Positions 1-9,014 of a stretch of DNA of 64,000 nucleotides are shown here, one piece after another; position 1 is the stretch's first letter; every line of letters begins with the position of its first letter. A program made the position numbers and the translations under genes. Under the pieces are notes generated by a model. It did not search any database. It was given only the letters and a program-made list of their open reading frames with translations, and was not told where the DNA came from. The stretch covers positions 26,063 to 90,062 of the forward strand of contig CAZOFD010000001.1 of assembly GCA_964579135.1 (NCBI GenBank), given 5' to 3'. Source of the DNA: an uncultured Ruminococcus sp. (GTDB lineage Bacteria > Bacillota > Clostridia > Oscillospirales > CAG-272).

Positions 1-2
1 AA

Positions 3-920
3 CAACTTTCCGCGGCGGCAAACGGCGACGCCTTGGCACTCGCGCAGGCGCTTACCTTTTGGGCAAACGCCGGCGTCGTTTGCGTCGACGACGCCGAGAT
101 AAGCGCACGTTCGACCGACGATGACGCCGATCGGACGGCAAAAAAAGCGACTGCGACGCACGACGAAGCAAAACGCGAAAAAGCGCACTACGGCAACGTT
201 CCGAGTTATGATATCGGCGAGCTTACGCGCGTCGTCGATTCGAACCCCGACGTAAAGGCTTTGATCGACGAGTGCGGACGGATACTCGGCAAGATGCTTA
301 ACAACACCGAAATAACGCGACTTTTGTCCGTAATGGATTACCTTTCTCTCTCGCCGGAATACGTGCTCGTGCTGTGCTCGCACTGCGCGACGGCGGGGAA
401 AAAGTCGATGCATTACCTTGAAACGGTAGCCGTTAAAACGTTTGACGCGGGAATAACCGACGCGGACGAGCTCGAAAAACATTTTTTAAAGATAGAAGAA
501 GCCAAGCGCGTCGAAACACAGATACGTAAAATGTTCGGTCTGGACCTCTCTCGTGCACTTACGACGAGGGAGAAAAAGTTTTTGGATGCGTGGACGGTGA
601 GGTTCGGCTACGACGCTGACGTTATCGAGATCGCGTACGAGATCACCGTCGACTCGACCCACGAGCCATCGTTGGCATATGCAAACGCAATACTCGAAAG
701 TTGGTTTTCTCGCGATCTGCACTCTGCCGACGAGATAAAAGCATTCATTTCCGAGGAAAAAGAGAAAAAGCGCGCCTCGGCTACCGGCAACGTCGGCAAA
801 AGCTTCGATTCCGACGATTTTTTCGCCGCGGCGCTTAAGCGGAGCTACGGCAAGGCGGGTATTCCGCCGGCAGTGGCGGAAGCGCAAAAAAAGGCTGCCG
901 CAAATAAACAGGGAGGTTAA
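3..920 (+). CDS. DnaD/DnaB(Bacillus-type) replication-initiation helper protein; 5' end probably outside the window
   Basis: ORF 33..920 stays open in frame back to base 3, so the real start may lie upstream. It has two DnaD-C-like repeats (..LSVMDYLSLSPEYVLVLCSHC.. and ..FLDAWTVRFGYDADVIEIAYEI..AYANAILESW). It sits directly upstream of a DnaI-type loader, as in the Bacillus dnaB-dnaI arrangement. Confidence 0.7.
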   Translation, partial: QLSAAANGDALALAQALTFWANAGVVCVDDAEISARSTDDDADRTAKKATATHDEAKREKAHYGNVPSYDIGELTRVVDSNPDVKALIDECGRILGKMLNNTEITRLLSVMDYLSLSPEYVLVLCSHCATAGKKSMHYLETVAVKTFDAGITDADELEKHFLKIEEAKRVETQIRKMFGLDLSRALTTREKKFLDAWTVRFGYDADVIEIAYEITVDSTHEPSLAYANAILESWFSRDLHSADEIKAFISEEKEKKRASATGNVGKSFDSDDFFAAALKRSYGKAGIPPAVAEAQKKAAANKQGG

Positions 921-928
921 GATCACGT

Positions 929-1897
929 ATGGCTTTCAACGGCAACAACCTCGCACGTATCAGAGAGAGTTACAATACCAAGCATCTTATCGCCGAGAGG
1001 GCGGCTGACGAAAGACGACGCGCCCTTTGGGAAACGATACCCGGTCTGCGCGAGATAGACGCTCGTCTCGCCGCAACGGGTCCGCGCCTTATGGCAATCG
1101 CCCTTAAAAAGAGCGGCGAGACAGTGGAGAGCGTTCGCGCGGACGTTGAGGAACTGAACGCCAAACGCGCCGAGCTGCTCGAAAATCACGGTTATCCCAA
1201 AGACCATACCGCGCCGAAATACGATTGCCCCGTTTGCGGAGACAGCGGCTACGTCAACGGCAAGATCTGTTCATGTATGCGCCGCGAATTGATCCTTGCG
1301 GGCTACGAATCCTCGGGAATCTCAAAACTTATGCAAACGCAGACTTTCGAGACTTTCGATCTCGATTATTATCGTTCCTCACCCGACGTTTATCGCAATA
1401 TGTCGTACGTATACGGCGAGATGAAAAATTATGCGGCAACGTTTTCCCCCGCGACGTCTCCGAGCCTTTTGCTTTGCGGCGGCACGGGGCTCGGCAAAAC
1501 CCATCTTTCCACCGCCGTTGCGAAAACCGTTATCGAATCCGGGTACGACGTCGTTTATACCGGCACCATCGGGATGATGGCGGACTTCGAAAAGGCTCGC
1601 TTCGGCAACGCTTCGGGAATCGAAAGCGGGCTCGGCGGCGACAGATATTTCGAATGCGATCTGCTAATCGTGGACGACCTCGGCTCCGAGCTGACGAATC
1701 AATTTACCGTAAGCTGTCTTTACAACGTAATAAACACACGCATAAACCGCCGCACCCCGACCGTCATCAGCACCAACCTGAATCAAAAAGAACTTAACGC
1801 ACGTTATTGCGACCGTATCACGAGCCGCATCTTCGGAGAGTATCTGCCGCTCTTATTCAGCGGCAACGACGTAAGAAAGCAAAAAATCTTGCGTTAG
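929..1897 (+). CDS. dnaI: Primosomal helicase loader DnaI/DnaC-type AAA+ ATPase
   Basis: GGGAGG RBS at 911..916. N-terminal Cys cluster (CPVCGDSGY..CSC), Walker A LLLCGGTGLGKTHL and Walker B LLIVDDLG. Confidence 0.85.
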   Translation: MAFNGNNLARIRESYNTKHLIAERAADERRRALWETIPGLREIDARLAATGPRLMAIALKKSGETVESVRADVEELNAKRAELLENHGYPKDHTAPKYDCPVCGDSGYVNGKICSCMRRELILAGYESSGISKLMQTQTFETFDLDYYRSSPDVYRNMSYVYGEMKNYAATFSPATSPSLLLCGGTGLGKTHLSTAVAKTVIESGYDVVYTGTIGMMADFEKARFGNASGIESGLGGDRYFECDLLIVDDLGSELTNQFTVSCLYNVINTRINRRTPTVISTNLNQKELNARYCDRITSRIFGEYLPLLFSGNDVRKQKILR

Positions 1898-1912
1898 AAA
1901 CGCAAAAAATTC

Positions 1913-1940
1913 GGTGCGGGGCGCTTTTGCGCCCCGCACC
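1913..1940. terminator. Bidirectional rho-independent terminator between the convergent dnaI and SASP genes
   Basis: Perfect 12-bp stem GGTGCGGGGCGC/GCGCCCCGCACC with a TTTT loop. An A-run lies upstream and a T-run downstream. Confidence 0.8.
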
Positions 1941-1967
1941 TTTAAAATCACTCGGACAGACCCGCGG

Positions 1968-2168
1968 TTATTTGCCTGCCTTAACGTCGTTTTCGTACTT
2001 TTCTATCATCTTCTTGACCATCTGACCGCCGACGGATCCCGCCTGACGGGAAGTAAGGTCGCCGTTATAGCCTTGATTCAGATTTACGCCGACGTCGTGC
2101 GCAGCCTGCATCTTGAACTGCTCGAGTGCGTTCTTTGCCTCGGGAACGAGAGGTTTGTTATTTGCCAT
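1968..2168 (-). CDS. Small acid-soluble spore protein, alpha/beta type
   Basis: 66-aa product MANNKPLVPEAKNALEQFKMQAAHDVGV..LTSRQAGSVGGQMVKKMIE, the classic alpha/beta SASP signature. AAGGAG RBS lies 6 nt before the ATG at 2168. The longer tracked ORF (to 2303) has an Arg-rich, non-protein-like N-terminus. Confidence 0.9.
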   Translation of the reverse strand: MANNKPLVPEAKNALEQFKMQAAHDVGVNLNQGYNGDLTSRQAGSVGGQMVKKMIEKYENDVKAGK

Positions 2169-2230
2169 TTCATACTCCTTGCGCCTACGCTCGCAAAGCG
2201 GGCTTCGGCAATCTATATTAATCGAGCCCG

Positions 2231-2276
2231 CCGTGCGACTTTTCGCCGTGGCGATTTTCGCCGTGGCGACTTTTCG
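2231..2276. repeat. Three tandem copies of a 15-16 nt unit (CCGTG[C/G]CGA[C]TTTTCG)
   Basis: Read directly: 2231..2245 ccgtgcgacttttcg, 2246..2260 ccgtggcgattttcg, 2261..2276 ccgtggcgacttttcg, then a partial unit cctgcg. The repeat lies about 60-110 nt upstream of the SASP start on the other strand. Confidence 0.85.
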
Positions 2277-2438
2277 CCTGCGTTCTCTGCTAATATTCTG
2301 CACGCCGTTCGCCTTTTTATGATTGGAAATTTTATCATTGCGATTGCCGCTTCGCCCAGCAAAACACGCAAACGCCTTGCAAAAAACTTTTTTGAGCGGA
2401 TAACGCGCGAATATCGTGCGTTATTTTTTAAAAACCGC

Positions 2439-2467
2439 TTGACATAAATTATTTTTGGTATTATAAT
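2439..2467 (+). promoter_or_regulatory. Sigma-A-type promoter for yceD-rpmF
   Basis: TTGACA (2439..2444), 17-nt spacer, TATAAT (2462..2467). Confidence 0.65.
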
Positions 2468-2513
2468 AAGTATCGTCGATTATTTTGCCCCGATATCGAA
2501 GGAGGTTATTACC

Positions 2514-3035
2514 GTGCAGATCGATCTTTCTGCGCTTCTGCGCGGCGATATAAATTCTTTGCATATCGATTGCAAAATCCCGCTCGGCTCCGCACCGAAC
2601 GGTCTCGAATATGCGGACGACGCTCACCTTGTGGGTGACGTTTCCGACAGCGGCGGTTATATCCGCCTTTGCGCCTCCGCCTCGGTCCCGTACCGCGGAG
2701 AATGTGCGCGTTGTCTCGCCCCCGTTGACGGAGAGATGCGTCTCGATTTCGAGAGGACTCTCGTCCCCGAAGGCACGGTAAGCGAGCAAACGATCGACGA
2801 AAACCCCGACGAATATCTCGTTATCAGCCGCGGTATGCTCGCGCTCGACGAGCCGCTGGCGGAGACGGTATTTCTCGAATGTCCGCAACGCGTGTTCTGC
2901 TCCGAGGATTGCGCGGGGCTGTGCCAACACTGCGGTCGCAAACTCAAGGCGGGGGAAGATTGCACTTGTCACCCAAAGGAAACGGACCCGCGTTGGGCAA
3001 AACTGAAAGAATTGCTCGATAACGACGACGTCTGA
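2514..3035 (+). CDS. yceD: YceD/DUF177 family protein (large-subunit rRNA accumulation protein)
   Basis: GTG start with GGAGG RBS 8 nt upstream. C-terminal Cys motifs (CSEDCAGLCQHCG..DCTC) are typical of DUF177. The position immediately upstream of rpmF is conserved. Confidence 0.8.
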   Translation: MQIDLSALLRGDINSLHIDCKIPLGSAPNGLEYADDAHLVGDVSDSGGYIRLCASASVPYRGECARCLAPVDGEMRLDFERTLVPEGTVSEQTIDENPDEYLVISRGMLALDEPLAETVFLECPQRVFCSEDCAGLCQHCGRKLKAGEDCTCHPKETDPRWAKLKELLDNDDV

Positions 3036-3085
3036 TCCGCTTTTAAAAAAGTAAAACATCCCACTCAAATAGGAGGAATAATACC

Positions 3086-3265
3086 ATGGCAGTACCGAAG
3101 AGAAAAACGTCCAAAGCTCGCAGAGATAAAAGACGCGCTAATTGGAAACTCGTAACTCCCACTCTCGTCAAGTGCCCTGCTTGCAGCGCATTGATCAAGC
3201 CCCACCATGTTTGCCCCGAATGCGGCAAATATGACGGTAAGGTTATCGTCGACACCGAGGCATAA
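3086..3265 (+). CDS. rpmF: 50S ribosomal protein L32
   Basis: Not in the ORF track because it is only 59 aa. My translation is MAVPKRKTSKARRDKRRANWKLVTPTLVKCPACSALIKPHHVCPECGKYDGKVIVDTEA. AGGAGG RBS at 3071..3076. Confidence 0.92.
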   Translation: MAVPKRKTSKARRDKRRANWKLVTPTLVKCPACSALIKPHHVCPECGKYDGKVIVDTEA

Positions 3266-3294
3266 GACGACCGTGAAGCAAACTTCACGACTGC

Positions 3295-3331
3295 ATACCG
3301 CATCATCGGAAAACGAGGATGCGGTATTTTG
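3295..3331 (+). terminator. rpmF terminator
   Basis: Stem ATACCGCATC (3295..3304) pairs with GATGCGGTAT (3318..3327) and is followed by TTTTG. Confidence 0.75.
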
Positions 3332-3360
3332 TTAATTAAATTCGGAGGAGACCGCCACTT

Positions 3361-4539
3361 ATGAAAAAAGCAATTCGCTCGATATCCGCCCTGCTCGCTT
3401 GCCTGTTGCTCGCGCTCTCGGCGCTCGCCGCCTGCAATGCGGACGATACCCCCGACGCGACAAGCGACAACGGCACGACAACGACAGCCAAGCCCTCACT
3501 CAATATTCCGATGCCGGAGCCCGCGGATCTTTCGCTGCTCGATATGCGAAACTACGTTTCCGTTAATTACAAATCCATTCCTCTTTACGTCGAGGAGCTG
3601 CCGCAAAAGATCACCGACGACGACGCCGTTGCCGATATAATCTCCGCTATGGCGGAGTCGGGAGACTATTCTCTGCTCTCCGAGGGGACGGTAAAAATCG
3701 GCGATCGCCTTGAGATAGCCTTTGTCGGCACTATGAACGGCGAAGAATTCAGCGGCGGTACGTCGGAAAAATCGCTGATACTCGTCGACACCGAAAACAG
3801 CGGCTACATAACCGGCTTTGCCGACGTTTTGATCGGCAAAAACGTCGGCGATACGGTCGGCGCCGACCTTACTTTCCCCGATAATTATTATGCGGAACTC
3901 GCCGGCAAAGCCGTGCATTTCGACATAACCGTCAAGGGCATATGCACTTTCGACATAACCGACGAGATCGCGCAAAAATACACCGACAACGCTTGCCAAA
4001 CTAAGGACGAGCTTATAAAATACGTTCGCGAATATCTCGAAGAAGATGCGCGTACCGACCTTCTTAACGAAGTATACGACCAAATATGGGACGAGCTTAC
4101 GAAACGCGTGGAGATAAAGGGATACGTCGAGGAACAAAACAAGTTCTACTACGACCTTTACTTAAAGCAACTCCGCGAAGCGGCATACGAAGACGACGTC
4201 GAACTTGACGATTACCTTGCCGAGATCGAAAAAACTTACGACGACGTTACCGAAGAGAGCAAAAAAAGCACGCTTTCCGATATGATACTGTATTTTATCG
4301 CAAGCGAGGAGGAGCTCTCCGTGAGCGACGAAGAGTATAGGGAAGCACTCCAAAATTACGTGGATTATTATAACTCCTACGGATATTCTTTGACTCTCGA
4401 AAGCCTCGAGGCGGAGTTTGACGCCTCGTACTACCCCGGATATTTTCGCCAATACCTGCTTGAGGAAAAGGTAATAGACCGAATAACCGATTATTCGCTG
4501 ATCGAAAAAGCCCCCCAGACATCCGAGGACGTTTCGTAA
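3361..4539 (+). CDS. Lipoprotein with trigger-factor-like FKBP PPIase and C-terminal chaperone-like region
   Basis: Signal peptide plus lipobox (LLALSALAAC). FKBP/trigger-factor PPIase-like core (GDRLEIAFVGTMNGEEFSGGTSE..ITGFADVLIGKNVGD..FPDNYYAELAGKAVHFDITVKGI). Acidic helical C-terminal region. Confidence 0.75.
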   Translation: MKKAIRSISALLACLLLALSALAACNADDTPDATSDNGTTTTAKPSLNIPMPEPADLSLLDMRNYVSVNYKSIPLYVEELPQKITDDDAVADIISAMAESGDYSLLSEGTVKIGDRLEIAFVGTMNGEEFSGGTSEKSLILVDTENSGYITGFADVLIGKNVGDTVGADLTFPDNYYAELAGKAVHFDITVKGICTFDITDEIAQKYTDNACQTKDELIKYVREYLEEDARTDLLNEVYDQIWDELTKRVEIKGYVEEQNKFYYDLYLKQLREAAYEDDVELDDYLAEIEKTYDDVTEESKKSTLSDMILYFIASEEELSVSDEEYREALQNYVDYYNSYGYSLTLESLEAEFDASYYPGYFRQYLLEEKVIDRITDYSLIEKAPQTSEDVS

Positions 4540-4547
4540 GGCAAAAT

Positions 4548-4597
4548 AAAAAGTATACCGCACGCCGGGCAAACGCCGACGTGCGGTATACTTTTTC
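4548..4597. terminator. Bidirectional terminator between convergent genes
   Basis: AAAAAGTATACCGCACG ... CGTGCGGTATACTTTTT: a 17-bp stem that includes its own A and T runs. Confidence 0.8.
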
Positions 4598-4659
4598 GCG
4601 AGAGCGCGTTCGGGCGACCGCGCCCGACAACGAAGCCGTTGCGGGTTGCGGACGGCGAA

Positions 4660-5460
4660 TTATTTGTCTATGCCGAAATACGAAAGAGCGTTGAGGAGCT
4701 CGCCGTCGTTAAGCTTGCCGGCTGCCTTTTTCTTCTCGTACTCGTGCGCGGTGCAAATGTGGGGGCAAAGGTCGCCGCGCATATAGCCGTCCGTAAGGGG
4801 AGCAGCCCAATGCACCGCGTTCTTTATAACGCGCAAAACGTAGGGGTTATAATAGGTGGGGCAATATTCGTGACCGGGCTGGAAGTAGAATATCTTGCCG
4901 CAGTCGCGCAAGAACGTCATTCCGGAACGGAAGATATATCCGTCCTCATACCAACCGCCGAAGATCACCTCGTTGGGTTGCGAGATGGAGAAAGGCTCGG
5001 CATAGATCTCCTCGCTCTCTATATAGAACTTTTCGGGGATGCCCTGAGCTATCGGGTGCGAGGGGAGCATATTCCAAACTATCTCCTTGACTTCTCTGCC
5101 CCAATTGAGGTTTCCGGAGGTGCCGACAAGCGCTCTGAACGGCTTCGACTTATGTGCGGAGTGCAGCGCGATAAAGCCCATTTTGCCGGTATAAACTCTC
5201 GTTTGTATCTTGCGTACGAGCTCGTCGCTTACCTCCTCGTGCGCCATATGCCCCCACCAGATAAGCACGTCGGTGGAATCGAGGAGCTCGTCGGGCAAGC
5301 CTTGGCAAGGATCGTCAAGGGCTGCCAAAGTTACCTTTATATCCTCGTCTTTCGAAAGATAATCGCCGATTGCCGCGTGCAATCCGTTCGGATAGATAGA
5401 TCTGACGGCTTCTTCCATTTTTTCGTGTCGGAATTCGTTCCAAATAGTTACTCTTATCAT
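4660..5460 (-). CDS. ThuA-domain (trehalose-utilisation-like) protein
   Basis: MIRVTIWNEFRHE..VLIWWGHMAHEEV..ALHSAH.. is a typical ThuA family pattern. The opposite-strand ORF 4639..5466 has no protein-like features. Confidence 0.8.
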   Translation of the reverse strand: MIRVTIWNEFRHEKMEEAVRSIYPNGLHAAIGDYLSKDEDIKVTLAALDDPCQGLPDELLDSTDVLIWWGHMAHEEVSDELVRKIQTRVYTGKMGFIALHSAHKSKPFRALVGTSGNLNWGREVKEIVWNMLPSHPIAQGIPEKFYIESEEIYAEPFSISQPNEVIFGGWYEDGYIFRSGMTFLRDCGKIFYFQPGHEYCPTYYNPYVLRVIKNAVHWAAPLTDGYMRGDLCPHICTAHEYEKKKAAGKLNDGELLNALSYFGIDK

Positions 5461-5669
5461 ATTTGACCCTCCGGGAAATTTTTATTGCGGATAATACCGC
5501 CGCTCTTTGAGATAATTATACAACGCCCACCCGTTTATTTCAAGTCAAATTTGATTTTTTTATGGACATATTTCCAATAATATGGTACAATATTATGGGT
5601 GTATTTCGCCTTTTTCGACGCAATAAAAGACCGAAAAGACACTCGTTACGGAAAGGACTTGATCTGTTT

Positions 5670-6506
5670 ATGGAAGAATTTCTCGCTTGGCTCGTTGCCA
5701 CGCTCAAAAATATCGGGATAAAGTCGCTCGCGGCTATCGCAGTGCTCGCACTCGGCTCCGCCGTTATAAAATTCGTTTTACGCCGCTTCAGGCAAGGCAA
5801 AACGTACGAGAGGCTCGACCCCACCGTGCGCAGTTTTCTGCACTCGTTCATATCCATAGCGCTGTGGGTGCTGCTTATCGTTTGCATCGTAGCCATTCTC
5901 GGCGTACCTATGGCGTCCGTAACGGCGGCGATCGCGTCTGCGGGCGTTGCCATCGGTCTCGCCTTGCAAGGCTCGCTTGCAAATCTTGCGGGCGGCATAA
6001 TGCTTTTGATATTTCGCCCGTTTGAGATCGGCGACTATATAGAAACCGAGGGCGGCAGCGGCACCGTGCGCGAGCTCGGCATATTCTACACGATGCTTTG
6101 CACCCCCGACAACAAACATATAACCATCCCGAACGGCACGCTTATGAACACCGCGATAACAAACTATTCGCGCGAAAAAACGCGCCGAGTCGACGTTGCC
6201 GTCGCCGTACCTCACGACGCCGACCTAAGAGGTGCCGCCGAGCTTGCGAAACGCATCGCCGAGGAGAACAAGCTCGTTCTTCCCGAGCCGAAAGTATTCG
6301 CGAAGATCACGGATATAGGCGACTCGTACGCAACGCTTACCGTTCGCGTTTGGGTAAACAACGGAGATTTTTGGACGGTCAAGCACGACCTTATCTCGAG
6401 TTTGCGCGAGGGCTTTGACCTTGCCGAGATAAAAATACCGCACAACACGATGGACATATCCGTTAAGACCCCCGAGCCCATAAAGGAGCAAAATACGAAA
6501 AAATGA
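5670..6506 (+). CDS. Small-conductance mechanosensitive channel (MscS family)
   Basis: Three N-terminal TM segments, then the MscS core (GLALQGSLANLAGGIMLLIFRPFEIGDYIE..GTVRELGIFYT.L.TPDNK.ITIPNG). I chose the start at MEEFLAW (5670) with AAAGGA upstream; the tracked ORF starts at 5562. Confidence 0.85.
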   Translation: MEEFLAWLVATLKNIGIKSLAAIAVLALGSAVIKFVLRRFRQGKTYERLDPTVRSFLHSFISIALWVLLIVCIVAILGVPMASVTAAIASAGVAIGLALQGSLANLAGGIMLLIFRPFEIGDYIETEGGSGTVRELGIFYTMLCTPDNKHITIPNGTLMNTAITNYSREKTRRVDVAVAVPHDADLRGAAELAKRIAEENKLVLPEPKVFAKITDIGDSYATLTVRVWVNNGDFWTVKHDLISSLREGFDLAEIKIPHNTMDISVKTPEPIKEQNTKK

Positions 6507-7771
6507 AAAAAACGATCGAAAGTGCCGAGATTTTATCCGTCGGAACCGAACTTTTGCTCGGCGATATAGTTAATACTAACGCGGCGTTTATCGCCCGCTC
6601 TCTTGCGGAAAACGGGGTGTTCGTTTACAGGCACACCGCAATCGGAGACAACGAGCAAAGGATAATCGCCGCGCTGGACGAAGCGTATTCGCGTTGCGAC
6701 ACCGTTATCCTAACGGGCGGGCTCGGTCCCACCTGCGACGATATAACGAAAGAGACCGTCGCGAAATATCTCGGTCTCGAAATGCGTCTCGACGAGACGT
6801 CGCTCGCCCGAATCCGCCGTTATTTTGCGGATATCGGCAAGCCTATGCCGAACAACAACGTAAAGCAGGCATATGTACCCGTCGGCGCAACGGTATTCGA
6901 AAACGAATGGGGCACCGCGCCGGCAATGGCTGTCGAAGCGGACGGAAAAACCGCGATATTGCTCCCCGGACCGCCCGTCGAACTTGTGCCGCTCTGGCGC
7001 AGATACGTTATCCCCTATCTGCACGAGCGCACGGGACGCATCATCGTTTCAAAAAACGTGCACGTACTGAATATGGGCGAATCGCGCGTTGAGGAGATAT
7101 TGCGCGAACTTATGTCAAGCTCGAAAAATCCGACCGTCGCCCCGTATGCCAAAGACGGAGAGGTGCGAGTTCGCGTCAGCGCTTACGCCGCCACGGCAAG
7201 CGAAGCGGGAGAACTATGCGACAAGACCGTAAAAACGATCACAGCCACGGAAGTCGGCGCGTACGTTTACGGCATTGACGTCGAAAGTGCGGAAAACGCC
7301 CTGATATCCGCGCTCAGAGCACGAAAAATGACGCTCGCCGTCGCGGAATCGTGCACGGGCGGGCTGCTTGCCAAACGCATAACGGACGTCCCCGGCTGTT
7401 CCGACGTGTTTCTCGGCGGCGTCGTCAGCTATGCAAACGAGATCAAAATGCGACTTCTCGGCGTAAAGAGCGAGACCCTCGATGAATTCAGCGCGGTATC
7501 CGAGCAAACGGCTGTCGAGATGGCGCGCGGCGTTCGCGCGGCGACGGGTGCGTCGATCGGTCTTTCGACCACGGGGATCGCCGGTCCATCGGGCGGCACC
7601 GCACAGAAGCCCGTCGGCACGGTGTTCGTTGCCGTATCGAGCGATAAAGGCGAAAAAGTCAAAAAGCTCTCGATGTCTCCCCTGCGCTCCCGCGATTATA
7701 TACGCTACAGTTCGGCAACCCAAGCCTTGGGACTCGCTCTCGAGGAGATCGGCGCGTTCGGCATTTTGTGA
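6503..7771 (+). CDS. cinA: CinA family competence/damage-inducible protein (MoCF-like N domain plus PncC-type NMN deamidase C domain)
   Basis: AEILSVGTELLLGDIVNTNA..LTGGLGPT.DD at the N-terminus and ..LAVAESCTGGLLA..ISTTGIAGP.. at the C-terminus. ATGA start/stop overlap with the upstream gene. Confidence 0.88.
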   Translation: MKKTIESAEILSVGTELLLGDIVNTNAAFIARSLAENGVFVYRHTAIGDNEQRIIAALDEAYSRCDTVILTGGLGPTCDDITKETVAKYLGLEMRLDETSLARIRRYFADIGKPMPNNNVKQAYVPVGATVFENEWGTAPAMAVEADGKTAILLPGPPVELVPLWRRYVIPYLHERTGRIIVSKNVHVLNMGESRVEEILRELMSSSKNPTVAPYAKDGEVRVRVSAYAATASEAGELCDKTVKTITATEVGAYVYGIDVESAENALISALRARKMTLAVAESCTGGLLAKRITDVPGCSDVFLGGVVSYANEIKMRLLGVKSETLDEFSAVSEQTAVEMARGVRAATGASIGLSTTGIAGPSGGTAQKPVGTVFVAVSSDKGEKVKKLSMSPLRSRDYIRYSSATQALGLALEEIGAFGIL

Positions 7772-7873
7772 AAAAGAATAATTAAATTTGCTTTTTCTAT
7801 TGATTTTAAAAGAATTATGGTATAAAATATAAAAGAGTTTTATTTAGTATTTTTCGTTTATATGGAGTATAAA

Positions 7874-8950
7874 ATGACAAAATTTCAAACTATCGGAGTT
7901 TTAACGTCGGGCGGCGACGCTCCGGGAATGAATTCGGCTATCCGCGCGATCACTCGCCGAGCTATCCAACACGGGCTCACGGTCAAGGGCATCATCGGCG
8001 GATACAGCGGCCTCGTTAACGACAACGTTATCGATCTCGACGCACTCGCCGTTTCCAACGTCGAGTATCTCGGCGGAACTATCCTCTATACCGACCGCTG
8101 CCTTGAATTTAAAGAAGAATCCGGCATGCAAAAAGCCATTGCGACTTGCAAAAGGCATAATATAGACGCCATCGTCGCAATAGGCGGCGACGGAACGTTT
8201 CGCGGCGCGACGGATCTCTCGCTCCACGGCGTTCCCACCATCGGCGTTACGGGCTCCATCGACAACGACGTTACCGCAACCGACTATACCGTCGGCTTCG
8301 ACACTGCAATGAACACCGTGGTCGAGGCAGTAGACCGTCTGCGCGACACTTGCCAATCTCACGCCCGTTGCAACGTAGTCGAAGTAATGGGGCGCGACTG
8401 CGGCGAGATCGCCCTCAAAACGGGAATCGCCTCCGGCGCCGTAGCCATCGCCATCCCCGAGCTTCCGTTTGACGAAGACGCGGCGATAGAGCGAATATTA
8501 AAGGCAAAAGCCTCCAGCAAAAGAAGTATGCTCGTTATCGTTTCCGAGGGAGTTTTCGCCCCCGACGGCACGCCTTACGGCGAGGTGCTTCGCAAACTTA
8601 TCGAAGAAAAGACCGGTATCGAAACCAAGTTCGCCCGTCTTGCGCACGTTGTGCGCGGCGGAGCACCGACGCTTCGCGACAGGCTCGCGGCAACGGAGAT
8701 GGGCGCTTACGCCGTCGACTTGCTCGTTGACGGAAAGAGCGACTGCATCGTTGCGGAGATCGACGGCAAGATAGTTAATTTCGAGATATCTTTCGCCCTC
8801 ACGCTCGATAAGATGTACAAAAACAAACTCAAAGACGGACAGCTTGACAAATTCACCCCCGAGCAGATAGACGAAATGCGCGCTGTCTGCGCACGTCGCG
8901 CAAGCGAGATCAAAAGGCTTTACGACATTCACGTAGGTCTTTGCCAATAA
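7874..8950 (+). CDS. pfkA: ATP-dependent 6-phosphofructokinase
   Basis: IGVLTSGGDAPGMN, IGGDGT/GSIDND and MGR motifs. I chose the start at 7874 (GGAG 6 nt upstream) over the tracked 7862. A possible promoter is TTGATT-17-TAAAAT at 7800..7828. Confidence 0.9.
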   Translation: MTKFQTIGVLTSGGDAPGMNSAIRAITRRAIQHGLTVKGIIGGYSGLVNDNVIDLDALAVSNVEYLGGTILYTDRCLEFKEESGMQKAIATCKRHNIDAIVAIGGDGTFRGATDLSLHGVPTIGVTGSIDNDVTATDYTVGFDTAMNTVVEAVDRLRDTCQSHARCNVVEVMGRDCGEIALKTGIASGAVAIAIPELPFDEDAAIERILKAKASSKRSMLVIVSEGVFAPDGTPYGEVLRKLIEEKTGIETKFARLAHVVRGGAPTLRDRLAATEMGAYAVDLLVDGKSDCIVAEIDGKIVNFEISFALTLDKMYKNKLKDGQLDKFTPEQIDEMRAVCARRASEIKRLYDIHVGLCQ

Positions 8951-8955
8951 ACCGA

Positions 8956-8997
8956 AACAACGGCTCCGCGGAGAGGTATCTCCGCGGAGCCGTTGTT
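8956..8997. terminator. Stem-loop between the convergent pfkA and tmcAL genes
   Basis: 19-bp perfect stem AACAACGGCTCCGCGGAGA / TCTCCGCGGAGCCGTTGTT with a GGTA loop. Confidence 0.75.
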
Positions 8998-9014
8998 ATT
9001 TCGCTTATCGGCTG

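Noticed and set aside
2231-2276. A CRISPR-like or minisatellite array.
   Set aside because: The units are directly adjacent with no spacers, only about 3.4 copies are present, and they are 15-16 nt long. This does not fit a CRISPR array.
1914-2447. A 177-aa plus-strand ORF, plus ORFs 2113..2322 and 22136..22384.
   Set aside because: They overlap the well-supported SASP gene, a terminator or promoter regions. They have no RBS or motifs and low-complexity composition.
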